Source of the DNA: an uncultured Bryobacteraceae bacterium
Lineage (GTDB): Bacteria > Acidobacteriota > Terriglobia > Bryobacterales > Bryobacteraceae
Assembly (NCBI GenBank): GCA_955652915.1
Contig: CATPCJ010000247.1
Span: forward strand, 1 to 60,479
Length of the DNA stretch: 60,479 nt
Direction of reading: 5' to 3'
Of the stretch, positions 18,050-27,207 are shown one piece after another (the first letter of the stretch is position 1; every line of letters begins with the position of its first letter). The notes beneath the pieces were generated by a model. That model did no database searches, was not told where the DNA came from, and saw only the letters and a list, made by a program, of their open reading frames with translations. The translations under genes were made by a program, and so were the position numbers.

Positions 18050-19276
18050 TTGTACGTAATGGGGCAGCGATCAAAGGCGGGTACGGATGCTTTGCCGGCG
18101 CAACTTGGTCCGGATGGCTCGCTCAAGCAGTACTTCCTTTTGGATCCGGATATCACTTACCTGAATCACGCCGCCTACGGCGCAACTCCGCGCCCGGTTT
18201 TTGAGAGCTTTCAGCGGTGGCAACTGGAATTGGAGCGTCAGCCGGTCGATTTCCTCTCCCGAAATTTCACTGGACTGCTTGCTCAAGCGCGCTCGGTGCT
18301 CGCCGATTATGTAGGCACAGAGCGCGACAACCTGGTGTACGTAGCCAACGGAACTACCGGCCTCAACATCGTCGCGCGCAGCCTGCCTGCCGGGCCCGGC
18401 GACGAGGTGCTGACCTCCGATCACGAGCATGGCGGGATCGATCGGCTATTCCGGTTTGCCTCCGCCAAGCTTGGTTTCACTTATACTCGGCGCGAGATCC
18501 CGATTCCGGTAACAACCCACGCCGATTTCGTGGAACATTTCTGGGCCGGAGTCACGCCAAAAACGAAGATTATTCTGCTGAGCCACTTCACTTCGCCCAC
18601 CTCACTTTTATTTCCGGTCCGGGAGATCTGCCGCCGCGCCCGGGCGGCCGGAATTCTCACCGTGATCGACGGTTCGCACGTGCCCGGCCAGTTTCCCTTG
18701 TCGCTTCGCGAGCTCGATCCGGATTTCTACGTTGGCATTCTTCACAAATGGGTGTGCGCCCCCAAGGGCTGCGCGTTTCTTTACGCCCGCCCTTCAGCGC
18801 AAAATCTACTCGATCCGCTGATCGTGAGCTGGGGCTGGTCGCCCAAGAATCCGGGGCCTTCGAAGTTCGTCGACTTCCATGAATGGCAGGGGAGCCGCGA
18901 CATTTCCGAGTACCTGGCCGCCCCCGACGCGATCGCGTTTCAGGCGCGCCACAACTGGGATGCCGTGCGCGTCCAGTGCCGCGCTCTGGCGCTGCATGCT
19001 CAACGCGAAATCACGGAATTGACCGGCGTTCCGCCCTATCACCCGGAACTCCCGGAGTGGTCCGGCCAGGTAGTGTGCGCCCAACTGCCGCTGCAAATCG
19101 GCGATGCCGACAATTTCAAGACCCGGCTTCGTTTCGAGCATAACATTGAGGTCTCGGTAGACGTGTTCAGGACCTGGCCGCGCATCCGCGTTTCGATTCA
19201 GGGATACAACACCGCGGCCGACGTCGAGCATCTTCTTCGGGCGCTCCGGCAACTGTTGCGGGCGGAGAGGTCATGA
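18050..19276 (+). CDS. PLP class V aminotransferase-fold enzyme (isopenicillin-N epimerase/cysteine desulfhydrase-like)
   Basis: YLNHAAYGATP, NGTTGLN, HFTSPT, IDGSHVPG, HKWVCAPKG, WQGSRD. Confidence 0.85.
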   Translation: MYVMGQRSKAGTDALPAQLGPDGSLKQYFLLDPDITYLNHAAYGATPRPVFESFQRWQLELERQPVDFLSRNFTGLLAQARSVLADYVGTERDNLVYVANGTTGLNIVARSLPAGPGDEVLTSDHEHGGIDRLFRFASAKLGFTYTRREIPIPVTTHADFVEHFWAGVTPKTKIILLSHFTSPTSLLFPVREICRRARAAGILTVIDGSHVPGQFPLSLRELDPDFYVGILHKWVCAPKGCAFLYARPSAQNLLDPLIVSWGWSPKNPGPSKFVDFHEWQGSRDISEYLAAPDAIAFQARHNWDAVRVQCRALALHAQREITELTGVPPYHPELPEWSGQVVCAQLPLQIGDADNFKTRLRFEHNIEVSVDVFRTWPRIRVSIQGYNTAADVEHLLRALRQLLRAERS

Positions 19277-19986
19277 ACAGTCTGTCGTCCCGGGAACTCG
19301 TGGAAATGGCCCCGGATTATCCCTTCGAGCACCCTCGTGAATCGTTCCTGTTCGTCGACGGCGCGGTCCAGCCGCTCGATGCGGTTCCTTGGTCCCCGGC
19401 CGATCGTGTCGCGGTCGTGGCTTATGGCTCGAATCGCTCTCCCGATGTGTTGCGGCGCAAATATGCGGGACACCGGGATGTGGTGATACCGACATTGCGC
19501 GCCGAGATTCGGAACTTTGATGTGGTCTATGCCGCGATGATCTCCACGCTCGGGCCGGTACCGGCGACGTTCCTGGCGAGTGAAGGCGCGATAGCCGAAG
19601 TGGCTGTCCAGTTTTTCACTGAAGAACAATTGCGCCGGATGCATGAATCGGAGCGGGCCGGAGTCAGCTATGATTTCGCGCCGCTGCCAGTGGACGCCGT
19701 GGAGATCGACGGACAGGATCGTATTCGATGTTTTTCCTATTTCTGCATGTACGGCGCATTGCGTTATCTGGACGAGCCTGTGGCGCTTCAGGAGGTGACC
19801 TGCCATGGCCGCCGCTGGAATGCGCTTAGCCAGCGCCAGATCCTGGAAGTGGTGCGGCGCCGGATCGGATCGAGTCTTGCGACAGCCGATTTTCTGGTCG
19901 AAACGATCGCCGATGAAGAGCTTCGCCGCCAGCGGATCGCGTTGCTCAGCTCCACCGCATTCCGGTACGTACGAGCAGAAGGCTAA
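19273..19986 (+). CDS. Gamma-glutamylcyclotransferase-like (GGCT fold) protein
   Basis: VAVVAYGSN motif and MHESE..GVSY segment; ATGA overlap with the upstream gene. Confidence 0.55.
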   Translation: MNSLSSRELVEMAPDYPFEHPRESFLFVDGAVQPLDAVPWSPADRVAVVAYGSNRSPDVLRRKYAGHRDVVIPTLRAEIRNFDVVYAAMISTLGPVPATFLASEGAIAEVAVQFFTEEQLRRMHESERAGVSYDFAPLPVDAVEIDGQDRIRCFSYFCMYGALRYLDEPVALQEVTCHGRRWNALSQRQILEVVRRRIGSSLATADFLVETIADEELRRQRIALLSSTAFRYVRAEG

Positions 19987-19997
19987 GAGGAGACAAG

Positions 19998-22349
19998 TTG
20001 CAATTCACGGCGAAGACGCAACTGGACAACGCCGCCTATCCCTTCACGCAATTCGAGCCGGAATGGGAGCGCCGCTGGGAGGAAGCCTGTCTGTTCCACA
20101 GCGAACCGGTTGTGGACCGGCCCAATTGGGTGGTCATCGAGCTGCCTCCGTTTGCCAACGGCAACCTGCATCTAGGGCACGTCCGCAACTATACGATGGG
20201 CGACGTGTGCGCCCGCTTCCGCCGCATGGCGGGGTTCAACGTGCTATATACCAGCGGCTTCGATTCGTTCGGGCTGCCCAACGAGCTGGCGGCCCAGGAG
20301 GCTCGCCGCCATCCCAAGGACCTGGCCGAAGAAGTCATGGCGAAGATGCGCCAGCAGTTTGTTCGTCTCGGCCTCAGCCACGACACTCGCCGCATCATCG
20401 GCAACCACGACGAAGGGTTTTATGGTTGGGTGCAATGGGTATTCCTGAGGCTATTCGAGCTGGGCTTGGCGTATCGCCGGCGCGGCCCGGTGAACTGGTG
20501 TACCGTCTGTGAAATCACGCTTGCGGACAGTCTGGCGTTGGGCGGAGAGTGCTGGCGTTGCGGCAATCCAGTGGAGACGCGCTGGTTTGAACAGTGGCTG
20601 GTTCGGGAATCGGAATTCGCGGACGACATGTTGGACGGCCTCAACCGGTTGAAGCATTGGCCCCTCAAGATCAAGCGCATCCATGCGGACTGGATCGGCA
20701 GGCGTGCGGGCGCCGAGGTGCGCTTCGCGCTGAAAGAGTTTTCCGGGTGCGCGCTGACGGCATTCGTCGCGCATCCCTCTTTGCTTCCATCCGCGGCGCT
20801 GATTGGGCTGGCGCCGGATCATCCCGTACTTTCTGAATTGGATCGCGCTGGATTGATACCCCCTAAGGTGCGCGAAGCACTGGCGAGCGTGGCTCAATCC
20901 GCGCGTCCCGCCGGCGATCAGGCACGGGCGGCCGTGCAAGCCACCGCTCAAGACGTCGTGATGCTGGGCCTGCACGCGATCCACCCACTCACGGACGCTC
21001 TCGTGCCGCTAGCTGTGTGCGCGGGTTTGGATCTCCGGAGTCATGATGGCGTGGTGGTGCTGTTCCCCGCCCACTTGCGCGCCGACTCGAAACTGGCTGC
21101 GATCGTTGGTATCCGCTGTGAACCGATTCTCAAGTCTCCAACGGGAGCACTCGATCCTTACGAATGGGATGAATCCTGGATCTATGCGGATTCGGCGGGA
21201 CCACTGGCGGGCCGCACCACCCGCGAAGGCGAGACCTATGTCCTCGATGAGCTTCAGCGGCGGAATGCCGGCGGCCCGGCGGTGCGTTACCGGCTCCGGG
21301 ATTGGAACATTGCCCGCCAGCGCTATTGGGGACCACCGATCCCGATTATTCACTGCCCCTCTTGCGGGGCCGTGGCCGTACCGGACGATCAACTTCCGGT
21401 GCTGCTCCCGCTGGACATCGACCTTGAGCCGCACGGGAATCCGCTCGACCGGCATCCGGCTTTCGCCAAGACTACGTGTCCGAAGTGCGCTGGCCCGGCT
21501 CGCCGCGACACCGACACGCTGGAAACTTACTGCAGCCCCTGGTGGTATCACTGGAATTCCAAACGTACAACAACCGCCGACCCTTTCGACAAGGAAGAGG
21601 CTCGTCTTTATATGCCCGTCAACATCATGATCGGTGGCGAGGATCAGGCGCGCACCTGCTTCTTCCACTTGCGCATGATGGCCAGGGCTTTGAAACGCGC
21701 GGGCGCAACGGAATACGACGAACCCATCCAGACGCTGCTCGCCATCGGGATGGTAAAGATGGGTGGCCGCAAGATGAGCAAGACGGAAGGAAATACGGTG
21801 GATCCGGCGGAGGCCGTCGATCGCTACGGCGCCGATGCTCTGCGCGCCGCCATTTTGGGCGCCGCGGCGCCCGAGAACGATTTCAACTGGTCAGACACGT
21901 TGGTGCGCCAATCGCACGCATTCCTGAACAGAGTGTGGCAGTTTCACCTTCGGCTCGCAGGTCAAATCAACTTCAATACGCCCACTGAGGAGCTTCGCAT
22001 CGATTCTTCCTACTCGCTGTCGCGCAAGCTTTCTCATCAGGTAGATACCGCCATCTCGCGAACCACGGAAGCCATGTGCGGCAATTCCTTCCACCTGGTC
22101 GCCTCCAACCTGGCGCTGTTGTTCGAACGAATCGAGGCCTATGAGCAGGAAGCGTTAAAGCGCCGCAAGGCCCTGGACGATCGCGACCGGACCGCGCTCA
22201 CCGCTGCTTTCCACATTTTCCTGCGGATGCTTACACCCTTATGTCCGCACATCTCGGAAGAAATATGGGCGCGGCTGGGAGCAGCAGGCATGATCGCTCA
22301 GGCGCCATGGCCCGGCGCGCTTCCCAGCCGGCCCCAGAGGGAGATATGA
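19998..22349 (+). CDS. Leucyl-tRNA synthetase paralog (class Ia) with altered pocket, lacking the C-terminal domain
   Basis: LHLGH (HIGH), GFDSFGLP, WIGR, YRLRDWNIARQRYWGPPIP, RRDTDT, KMSKT, YGADALR, PLCPHISEEIW; TTG start with GAGGAG RBS. Confidence 0.9.
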   Translation: MQFTAKTQLDNAAYPFTQFEPEWERRWEEACLFHSEPVVDRPNWVVIELPPFANGNLHLGHVRNYTMGDVCARFRRMAGFNVLYTSGFDSFGLPNELAAQEARRHPKDLAEEVMAKMRQQFVRLGLSHDTRRIIGNHDEGFYGWVQWVFLRLFELGLAYRRRGPVNWCTVCEITLADSLALGGECWRCGNPVETRWFEQWLVRESEFADDMLDGLNRLKHWPLKIKRIHADWIGRRAGAEVRFALKEFSGCALTAFVAHPSLLPSAALIGLAPDHPVLSELDRAGLIPPKVREALASVAQSARPAGDQARAAVQATAQDVVMLGLHAIHPLTDALVPLAVCAGLDLRSHDGVVVLFPAHLRADSKLAAIVGIRCEPILKSPTGALDPYEWDESWIYADSAGPLAGRTTREGETYVLDELQRRNAGGPAVRYRLRDWNIARQRYWGPPIPIIHCPSCGAVAVPDDQLPVLLPLDIDLEPHGNPLDRHPAFAKTTCPKCAGPARRDTDTLETYCSPWWYHWNSKRTTTADPFDKEEARLYMPVNIMIGGEDQARTCFFHLRMMARALKRAGATEYDEPIQTLLAIGMVKMGGRKMSKTEGNTVDPAEAVDRYGADALRAAILGAAAPENDFNWSDTLVRQSHAFLNRVWQFHLRLAGQINFNTPTEELRIDSSYSLSRKLSHQVDTAISRTTEAMCGNSFHLVASNLALLFERIEAYEQEALKRRKALDDRDRTALTAAFHIFLRMLTPLCPHISEEIWARLGAAGMIAQAPWPGALPSRPQREI

Positions 22350-23257
22350 CTCCGCAGCCCATCGTCCCGGGACCTGTTTACAAGCTCGCCTGGTCCGTAC
22401 TGAAGCTTTGCCCGGAGTATAAAGCGTTCCAGGACGGCCGCTTGTCGCGGGTGGAGTATAGCGTCTTCCTCGATCGCATAGCGCCCCAATTGATCGCCGC
22501 CGGACTTCCTCCCGAAGATGTTCATTTTGCCAAGCGATATCCTCAATCGGACTCGGGCTTCGTATCCCAGACTCTGGAGCGTCTGGCCGCCCGCGGGGTG
22601 CTGCCGGAAGCGCGCTACGATTCGGACGCCTACGACGCCCTTGCCGCTTCGTTGGGCACCGATTATGATCATGGAGATTTCCGTACGTACATCTATCCCG
22701 AGGAGTCGCGCCTGCTGTTCGCGTTTGTCGACATCGTGCGGCCGAAGTCGGCGATTTTTCTCGGCTCCTACTACGGCTATTGGGCCACCGTGGCCATGAG
22801 GTCGATTGCAACAAACGGCGGCAGTATTGTTCTGGTGGATCCCGATCCGCGCGCTCAAGCTATTGCAACGCGCAACGTCGATCGTGCCGGCATGGACCAC
22901 GCGGTCGAGATTGCGATCGCGACCGGCCAGGACTATCTTCGAACGGCGCCCCGATCCTTCGACTTCGTCGTGCTCGACGCCGAGGGACCGCGCACGCACG
23001 CCGATCCGGAACAACGCGGCAAAGCCATCTACGCGCCGCTGCTGCGGCATGTGCTGCCGCACATCACGCGCGATGCGTACCTGGTCTGTCACAACATTCT
23101 GTTCGAGGACATCGCGGACTGCCCGTATTTTGACGGTGTCATCGCCCGCAATCGACAGGAACTCGGCCCCTTTCTGGAGATCGCGCGCCGCGAGTTTCCG
23201 GACTTCGTGGAATGCGCCAGCACTGAGGGGGTTGGGATCGGGCGCCGCGGTAGATGA
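22346..23257 (+). CDS. Class I SAM-dependent (O-)methyltransferase-like protein
   Basis: AIFLGSYYGY, IVLVDPD, FDFVVLDA, LVCHNILF; ATGA overlap with the LeuRS paralog stop. Confidence 0.75.
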   Translation: MTPQPIVPGPVYKLAWSVLKLCPEYKAFQDGRLSRVEYSVFLDRIAPQLIAAGLPPEDVHFAKRYPQSDSGFVSQTLERLAARGVLPEARYDSDAYDALAASLGTDYDHGDFRTYIYPEESRLLFAFVDIVRPKSAIFLGSYYGYWATVAMRSIATNGGSIVLVDPDPRAQAIATRNVDRAGMDHAVEIAIATGQDYLRTAPRSFDFVVLDAEGPRTHADPEQRGKAIYAPLLRHVLPHITRDAYLVCHNILFEDIADCPYFDGVIARNRQELGPFLEIARREFPDFVECASTEGVGIGRRGR

Positions 23258-24873
23258 CCAGCCCCGCCATACCGCTATTTCGCTTCGGCAATGGGGCATC
23301 CGGGGATCTGCCCAATGCGCTTCCGCTGGCGATCATGTCGGGCCTGCTGCTGTTCGACAGCGGCGAAGCGGATCACACTTTTCTTTTTCGCTGCCAGGAC
23401 CGCTACCTGACCTATAATTCCCTGTGTGGTTTTCGAACTGTGTTGTTTGTCGCCGATGACCGCCATCGCCGGCACTACGTTTCCCTGATCGCGAGACACA
23501 ACGACAACCTCCGGCTCGTCCGCCAGATCACCGGCCTGCCGCTTTCTCTCGTGCCGCAGCCGCTCTTCGTCCCGGTCGGCCTCGACACGCTCCAGGTCGC
23601 AGACGCGCCGTTTTTTGCCGCACAGCTTCACGATCCGGAAATCGCCGCATCGATCGGCAAATCAGTCCTTTTATGTAATCAGATCTCTCCCACAACTGCG
23701 CGAATTGCCGCCGGGCTCGATGCGCTCCTGGCCACTCACGGCTGCTCCCTTGGCATTGACGCGCGCGAACTGGCCGCTTTGGGTCAAGCTGCGTTCCAGT
23801 GGCACAACAAGGCTTATTACGTTCGCCGGGTTCAATCTACAACCGCGGATATACCACCGCACGCGGCAACGGCACTGTTCTCTCCCGCCGATTTCTTGGG
23901 CATGGAAACTTGGACCGATCTGGTGAGCGCATACACGCGTCGCACGGGTCATGGAGCGCCAAGCGCGCTGTACGTCAAATCGGCTTTCGATTCGGGAGGC
24001 AATGTCGCTGCCCGTCTATCCCGCGACGGGTTTGCCGCGTCGATTCGCGAGTTCCATACCGCGGTCCGCCATCATATTCTCCGCGACGGCGGCGTGGATG
24101 AGGACCTTGCGGAACTGGAGCAGGACGTCGATATCGCAACCAGCCTTCGTCCGCTAGGCGTCTCACGCGATCGGATGAAGCATTATCTAACCCTTCAGCG
24201 CGGCCGGCGCCAGGGTATCGAGATCCTGGTACAGGAAGCTATCGAAGCGCCGTCCGGCACGAAGGACCTGAATTACGAAGGCTTGGGCATCACCTGCGAT
24301 ATTGAAGGCCCCGATCGCATTGAGGTCATCGTCGCGGCAGGCCAGTTGTATCACGATCGCGAGCGCCGGCACTTTCTCGGCTCCTACGTTGACGAGGCGT
24401 TTCTTACGGAACCGCGGAACGCCCGGCTCATCGCAGAGGTCCGCTGCCTTTGCTCAATCGTTGCCCAGGACGGCTATCGCGGGCCCGTGAACTTCGACGC
24501 GCGCCGCGACCCATCCGGCGCATGGGTATTCATCTACGATTGCAATCCGCGGCTCAGCGCCGTTTATCCGGCTTTGGCCGTACGCCAGTTCCTGCTCGGC
24601 CTCGGCCACGACATCCACACTGCCGTCAGTCTCGGGTACCGCGGCGAATACGCGTGCGAGGATTATGAAGGCGCGCTGAGAGAACTCGACCGGCGAGGCG
24701 CCCTGTATCAAGCCCATGTCCGTCGCGGAGTCGTCCTGCTGCCAAACCTCGCACGGGACCACGGCTGCGACGCGCTCGTCTTGAATACCGGCCGCGAGGC
24801 GCTCGAAGAGTTCGTACGCGCACCGGTTCTCGAAACTGCTTTAGATCGGGCGCGGCCTCGGGAGCTCTTCTGA
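23254..24873 (+). CDS. ATP-grasp-fold ligase
   Basis: LYVKSAFDSGGNV, ILVQEAI, GPVNFDA, FIYDCNPRLSA; ATGA overlap. Confidence 0.7.
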   Translation: MTSPAIPLFRFGNGASGDLPNALPLAIMSGLLLFDSGEADHTFLFRCQDRYLTYNSLCGFRTVLFVADDRHRRHYVSLIARHNDNLRLVRQITGLPLSLVPQPLFVPVGLDTLQVADAPFFAAQLHDPEIAASIGKSVLLCNQISPTTARIAAGLDALLATHGCSLGIDARELAALGQAAFQWHNKAYYVRRVQSTTADIPPHAATALFSPADFLGMETWTDLVSAYTRRTGHGAPSALYVKSAFDSGGNVAARLSRDGFAASIREFHTAVRHHILRDGGVDEDLAELEQDVDIATSLRPLGVSRDRMKHYLTLQRGRRQGIEILVQEAIEAPSGTKDLNYEGLGITCDIEGPDRIEVIVAAGQLYHDRERRHFLGSYVDEAFLTEPRNARLIAEVRCLCSIVAQDGYRGPVNFDARRDPSGAWVFIYDCNPRLSAVYPALAVRQFLLGLGHDIHTAVSLGYRGEYACEDYEGALRELDRRGALYQAHVRRGVVLLPNLARDHGCDALVLNTGREALEEFVRAPVLETALDRARPRELF

Positions 24874-24962
24874 GAAAAACGTTCCGTCACCGCCGGGTGC
24901 AAACGCGCCGTCAGCGTCCGGTGATAGCGTGCGATCTTCATCGTGTGATATTCTAATTTCGT

Positions 24963-25172
24963 ATGGCAATTCCTAACGTCAAACGGTTCCGGCCGTTCTG
25001 CCCGACGTGCAATGAGTCTTTCACCTTGATGGCTGTTCTGCCCAAAAACGCCGACGTAAGCGCGTATTTGACGGATGCCGTGGCTCGCCACGATCACAAG
25101 GCCTATCAGGACATGAAGCTGCAGCAATTCAAGATTCGCGTCGGACAACAGAAACAGCGCAAGGGCAAATAG
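24963..25172 (+). CDS. Small hypothetical protein with CxxC motif
   Basis: 69-aa ORF, CPTC...HDH, basic tail. Confidence 0.45.
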   Translation: MAIPNVKRFRPFCPTCNESFTLMAVLPKNADVSAYLTDAVARHDHKAYQDMKLQQFKIRVGQQKQRKGK

Positions 25173-25218
25173 TTTTCGTCTTTAGACCGTAAGCGCGCGC
25201 CGCGAAATTCAGAATAAA

Positions 25219-25446
25219 ATGGGTGGCATGCCTACGTCCAAGCTGACTGTCGGGGCCGGCGCCCGCACGGGCGCCTTCGCGTTTACGTCTCGCAATCGCA
25301 AAACCTGGAGCGTCGACGGGCCACATTTTCGTGGTTGGGAAGTGAACCACGTTTCTCACGATCCCGCCGGCGTTTACGCCGCGACCACGCCGGGACAGGT
25401 CTTCCATTCTCGCGATTCCGGCAACAAACTGGCACATGCTCGCTGA
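25219..25446 (+). pseudogene. Fragment of a BNR/sialidase-like beta-propeller gene
   Basis: GARTGAF...WSVDGPHFRGWEVNH...FHSRDSG resembles the N-terminus of BNR-repeat proteins but is only 75 aa. Confidence 0.5.
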
Positions 25447-25557
25447 CAATCTTCCGCCGGTGTATTCGGTCTCGGCCGCATCCGCCTAAAAGAAAGTCTA
25501 TCGCGGTTGTCGATTTTCGAGGGCTTGTTTCGTCTAGCCCATGAAAGGAGAAACAGG

Positions 25558-25899
25558 ATGCCCCAATATATGCTGCTACTGCGCGACGAACCCTCGGTGT
25601 TTGCCGATTTAAGCCCCGAGGAAATGCAAAAGACGATGCAACGGTACGGAGACTGGAGGCGATCGCTTCAGAACCGGATCACGACCGGTCAGAAACTAAA
25701 AGACGGCGAAGGCCGGGTGATGCGGAGCCAAAACAGCAAGCTAACCGTCACCGACGGACCCTTTACGGAAACCAAGGAAGTGATGGGCGGATTCTTTGTC
25801 ATTGAAGCCGAGAACTACGATCAGGCGGTGGAGGTGGCGAAGACTTGTCCGCATATGGACTTCGGAAGTATCGAAGTGCGTCAGGTCGAGCGGACTTAG
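25558..25899 (+). CDS. YciI/DGPF-domain protein
   Basis: YMLLL, TDGPFTETKEVMGGFF, CP, GSIEVRQV; RBS AAAGGAG. Confidence 0.9.
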   Translation: MPQYMLLLRDEPSVFADLSPEEMQKTMQRYGDWRRSLQNRITTGQKLKDGEGRVMRSQNSKLTVTDGPFTETKEVMGGFFVIEAENYDQAVEVAKTCPHMDFGSIEVRQVERT

Positions 25900-25931
25900 C
25901 TTGAGAAGCTGCGCCCGGGTTTACACTCTCT

Positions 25932-27200
25932 GTGCAGAACGGTCATGACAACTTCGCCGGCGTGGTGGATCATCTCTTCCGGCATCAATCCGGCAGGATG
26001 ATCGCCACGCTGACCCGCATCTTCGGACCCCGCCGCCTGGACCTGGCCGAAGAAGTGGTGCAAGACGCCCTCGTGAAGGCGCTTGAGCTTTGGCCATTTG
26101 AGGGCGTGCCGGAGAATCCCTCGGCCTGGTTGGTGCAGGTGGCGAAACATCGCGCGCTGGATGCGATACGCCGGGAAGTCTCGCTGTCGGAAAAACTTCC
26201 GGAACTCTCGCGAGCCTTTCCGGACCGGAATCCGATTCAGCAGGATATCGCCGAGTTCGCCGACGACCAACTCTCGATGATGTTTCTGTGTTGCCATCCC
26301 AATCTCTCGCACGAAACGCGTCTCGCCCTGACACTTAAGACCGTGGCCGGCTTTAGCGTCCGAGAAATCGCGCAGGCGTTTCTTGCACAGGAAGCAGCTA
26401 TCGCGCAACGGCTGGTGCGCGGAAAACGCCAGATCCGCGAGGAACGGATCGAGTTTGAAATGCCCCGCGGCGCCGAGTTGCTCAATCGGCTGGATTCCGT
26501 GCTCGACGCTCTTTACTTGCTATTTAATGAAGGCTATTCCGCACACGAAGGCGAGTCGCTGCTGCGCGCCGATCTCTGTGAAGAAGCGATTCGGCTGGCG
26601 CGGATGGCCGCTTCCCATCCGGCTACCGATGTTCCCAAGAGTCACGCTTTGCTGGCGCTGTTACTGCTGCAGGCTTCGCGATTGCCGGCCCGCGTCAACG
26701 CCGAAGGCGATCTGTTTCTCATGCGCGATCAGGACCGCTCGCTGTGGGACCGGCGCTTGATCGCCGAAGGCTTGATGCATCTCGATCGCAGCGCTCAAGG
26801 CGCCGATCTTACCGTTTACCATCTGCAAGCCGGCATCGCCGCGGAGCACGCGGTTGCGCCAACCTATGCCGGGACGAATTGGGAAGACATCACGGATCTC
26901 TACGATCAGCTCTGCGCGCTGGACCCCAACCCGGTGATCTCGCTGAACCGCGCGATTGCTTTGTCGCGATGGAAGGGACCTGAGGCAGGCATCGGCGCGA
27001 TCGCTTGCATCGAGTCCCACCCCGCGCTCAGCCGCTATCATTTTCTGCCTGCGACGTTGGGCGAACTCTGGAGCGAGCTAGGGGATCGAAAAAGGGCGGC
27101 GCAATACTACAGGTCCGCATTGACGTACGTGTGCACGGAGCCGGAGCGGCGTCTGCTGCGGAATCGCCTGGCGGACTGCGAGGCGACGGGGGAGACCTGA
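25932..27200 (+). CDS. ECF sigma-70 factor with DUF6596/TPR extension (ECF42-like)
   Basis: LAEEVVQDA, MFLCCHP, LYLLFNEGY, QDRSLWD, YHLQAGIA; adjacent DGPF gene. Confidence 0.9.
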   Translation: MQNGHDNFAGVVDHLFRHQSGRMIATLTRIFGPRRLDLAEEVVQDALVKALELWPFEGVPENPSAWLVQVAKHRALDAIRREVSLSEKLPELSRAFPDRNPIQQDIAEFADDQLSMMFLCCHPNLSHETRLALTLKTVAGFSVREIAQAFLAQEAAIAQRLVRGKRQIREERIEFEMPRGAELLNRLDSVLDALYLLFNEGYSAHEGESLLRADLCEEAIRLARMAASHPATDVPKSHALLALLLLQASRLPARVNAEGDLFLMRDQDRSLWDRRLIAEGLMHLDRSAQGADLTVYHLQAGIAAEHAVAPTYAGTNWEDITDLYDQLCALDPNPVISLNRAIALSRWKGPEAGIGAIACIESHPALSRYHFLPATLGELWSELGDRKRAAQYYRSALTYVCTEPERRLLRNRLADCEATGET

Positions 27201-27207
27201 CACGCGC

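Noticed and set aside
19998..22349. Housekeeping leuS
   Set aside because: Pocket and editing motifs are altered, the C-terminal domain is absent, and the gene is embedded in a biosynthetic operon, so the gene symbol was withheld.
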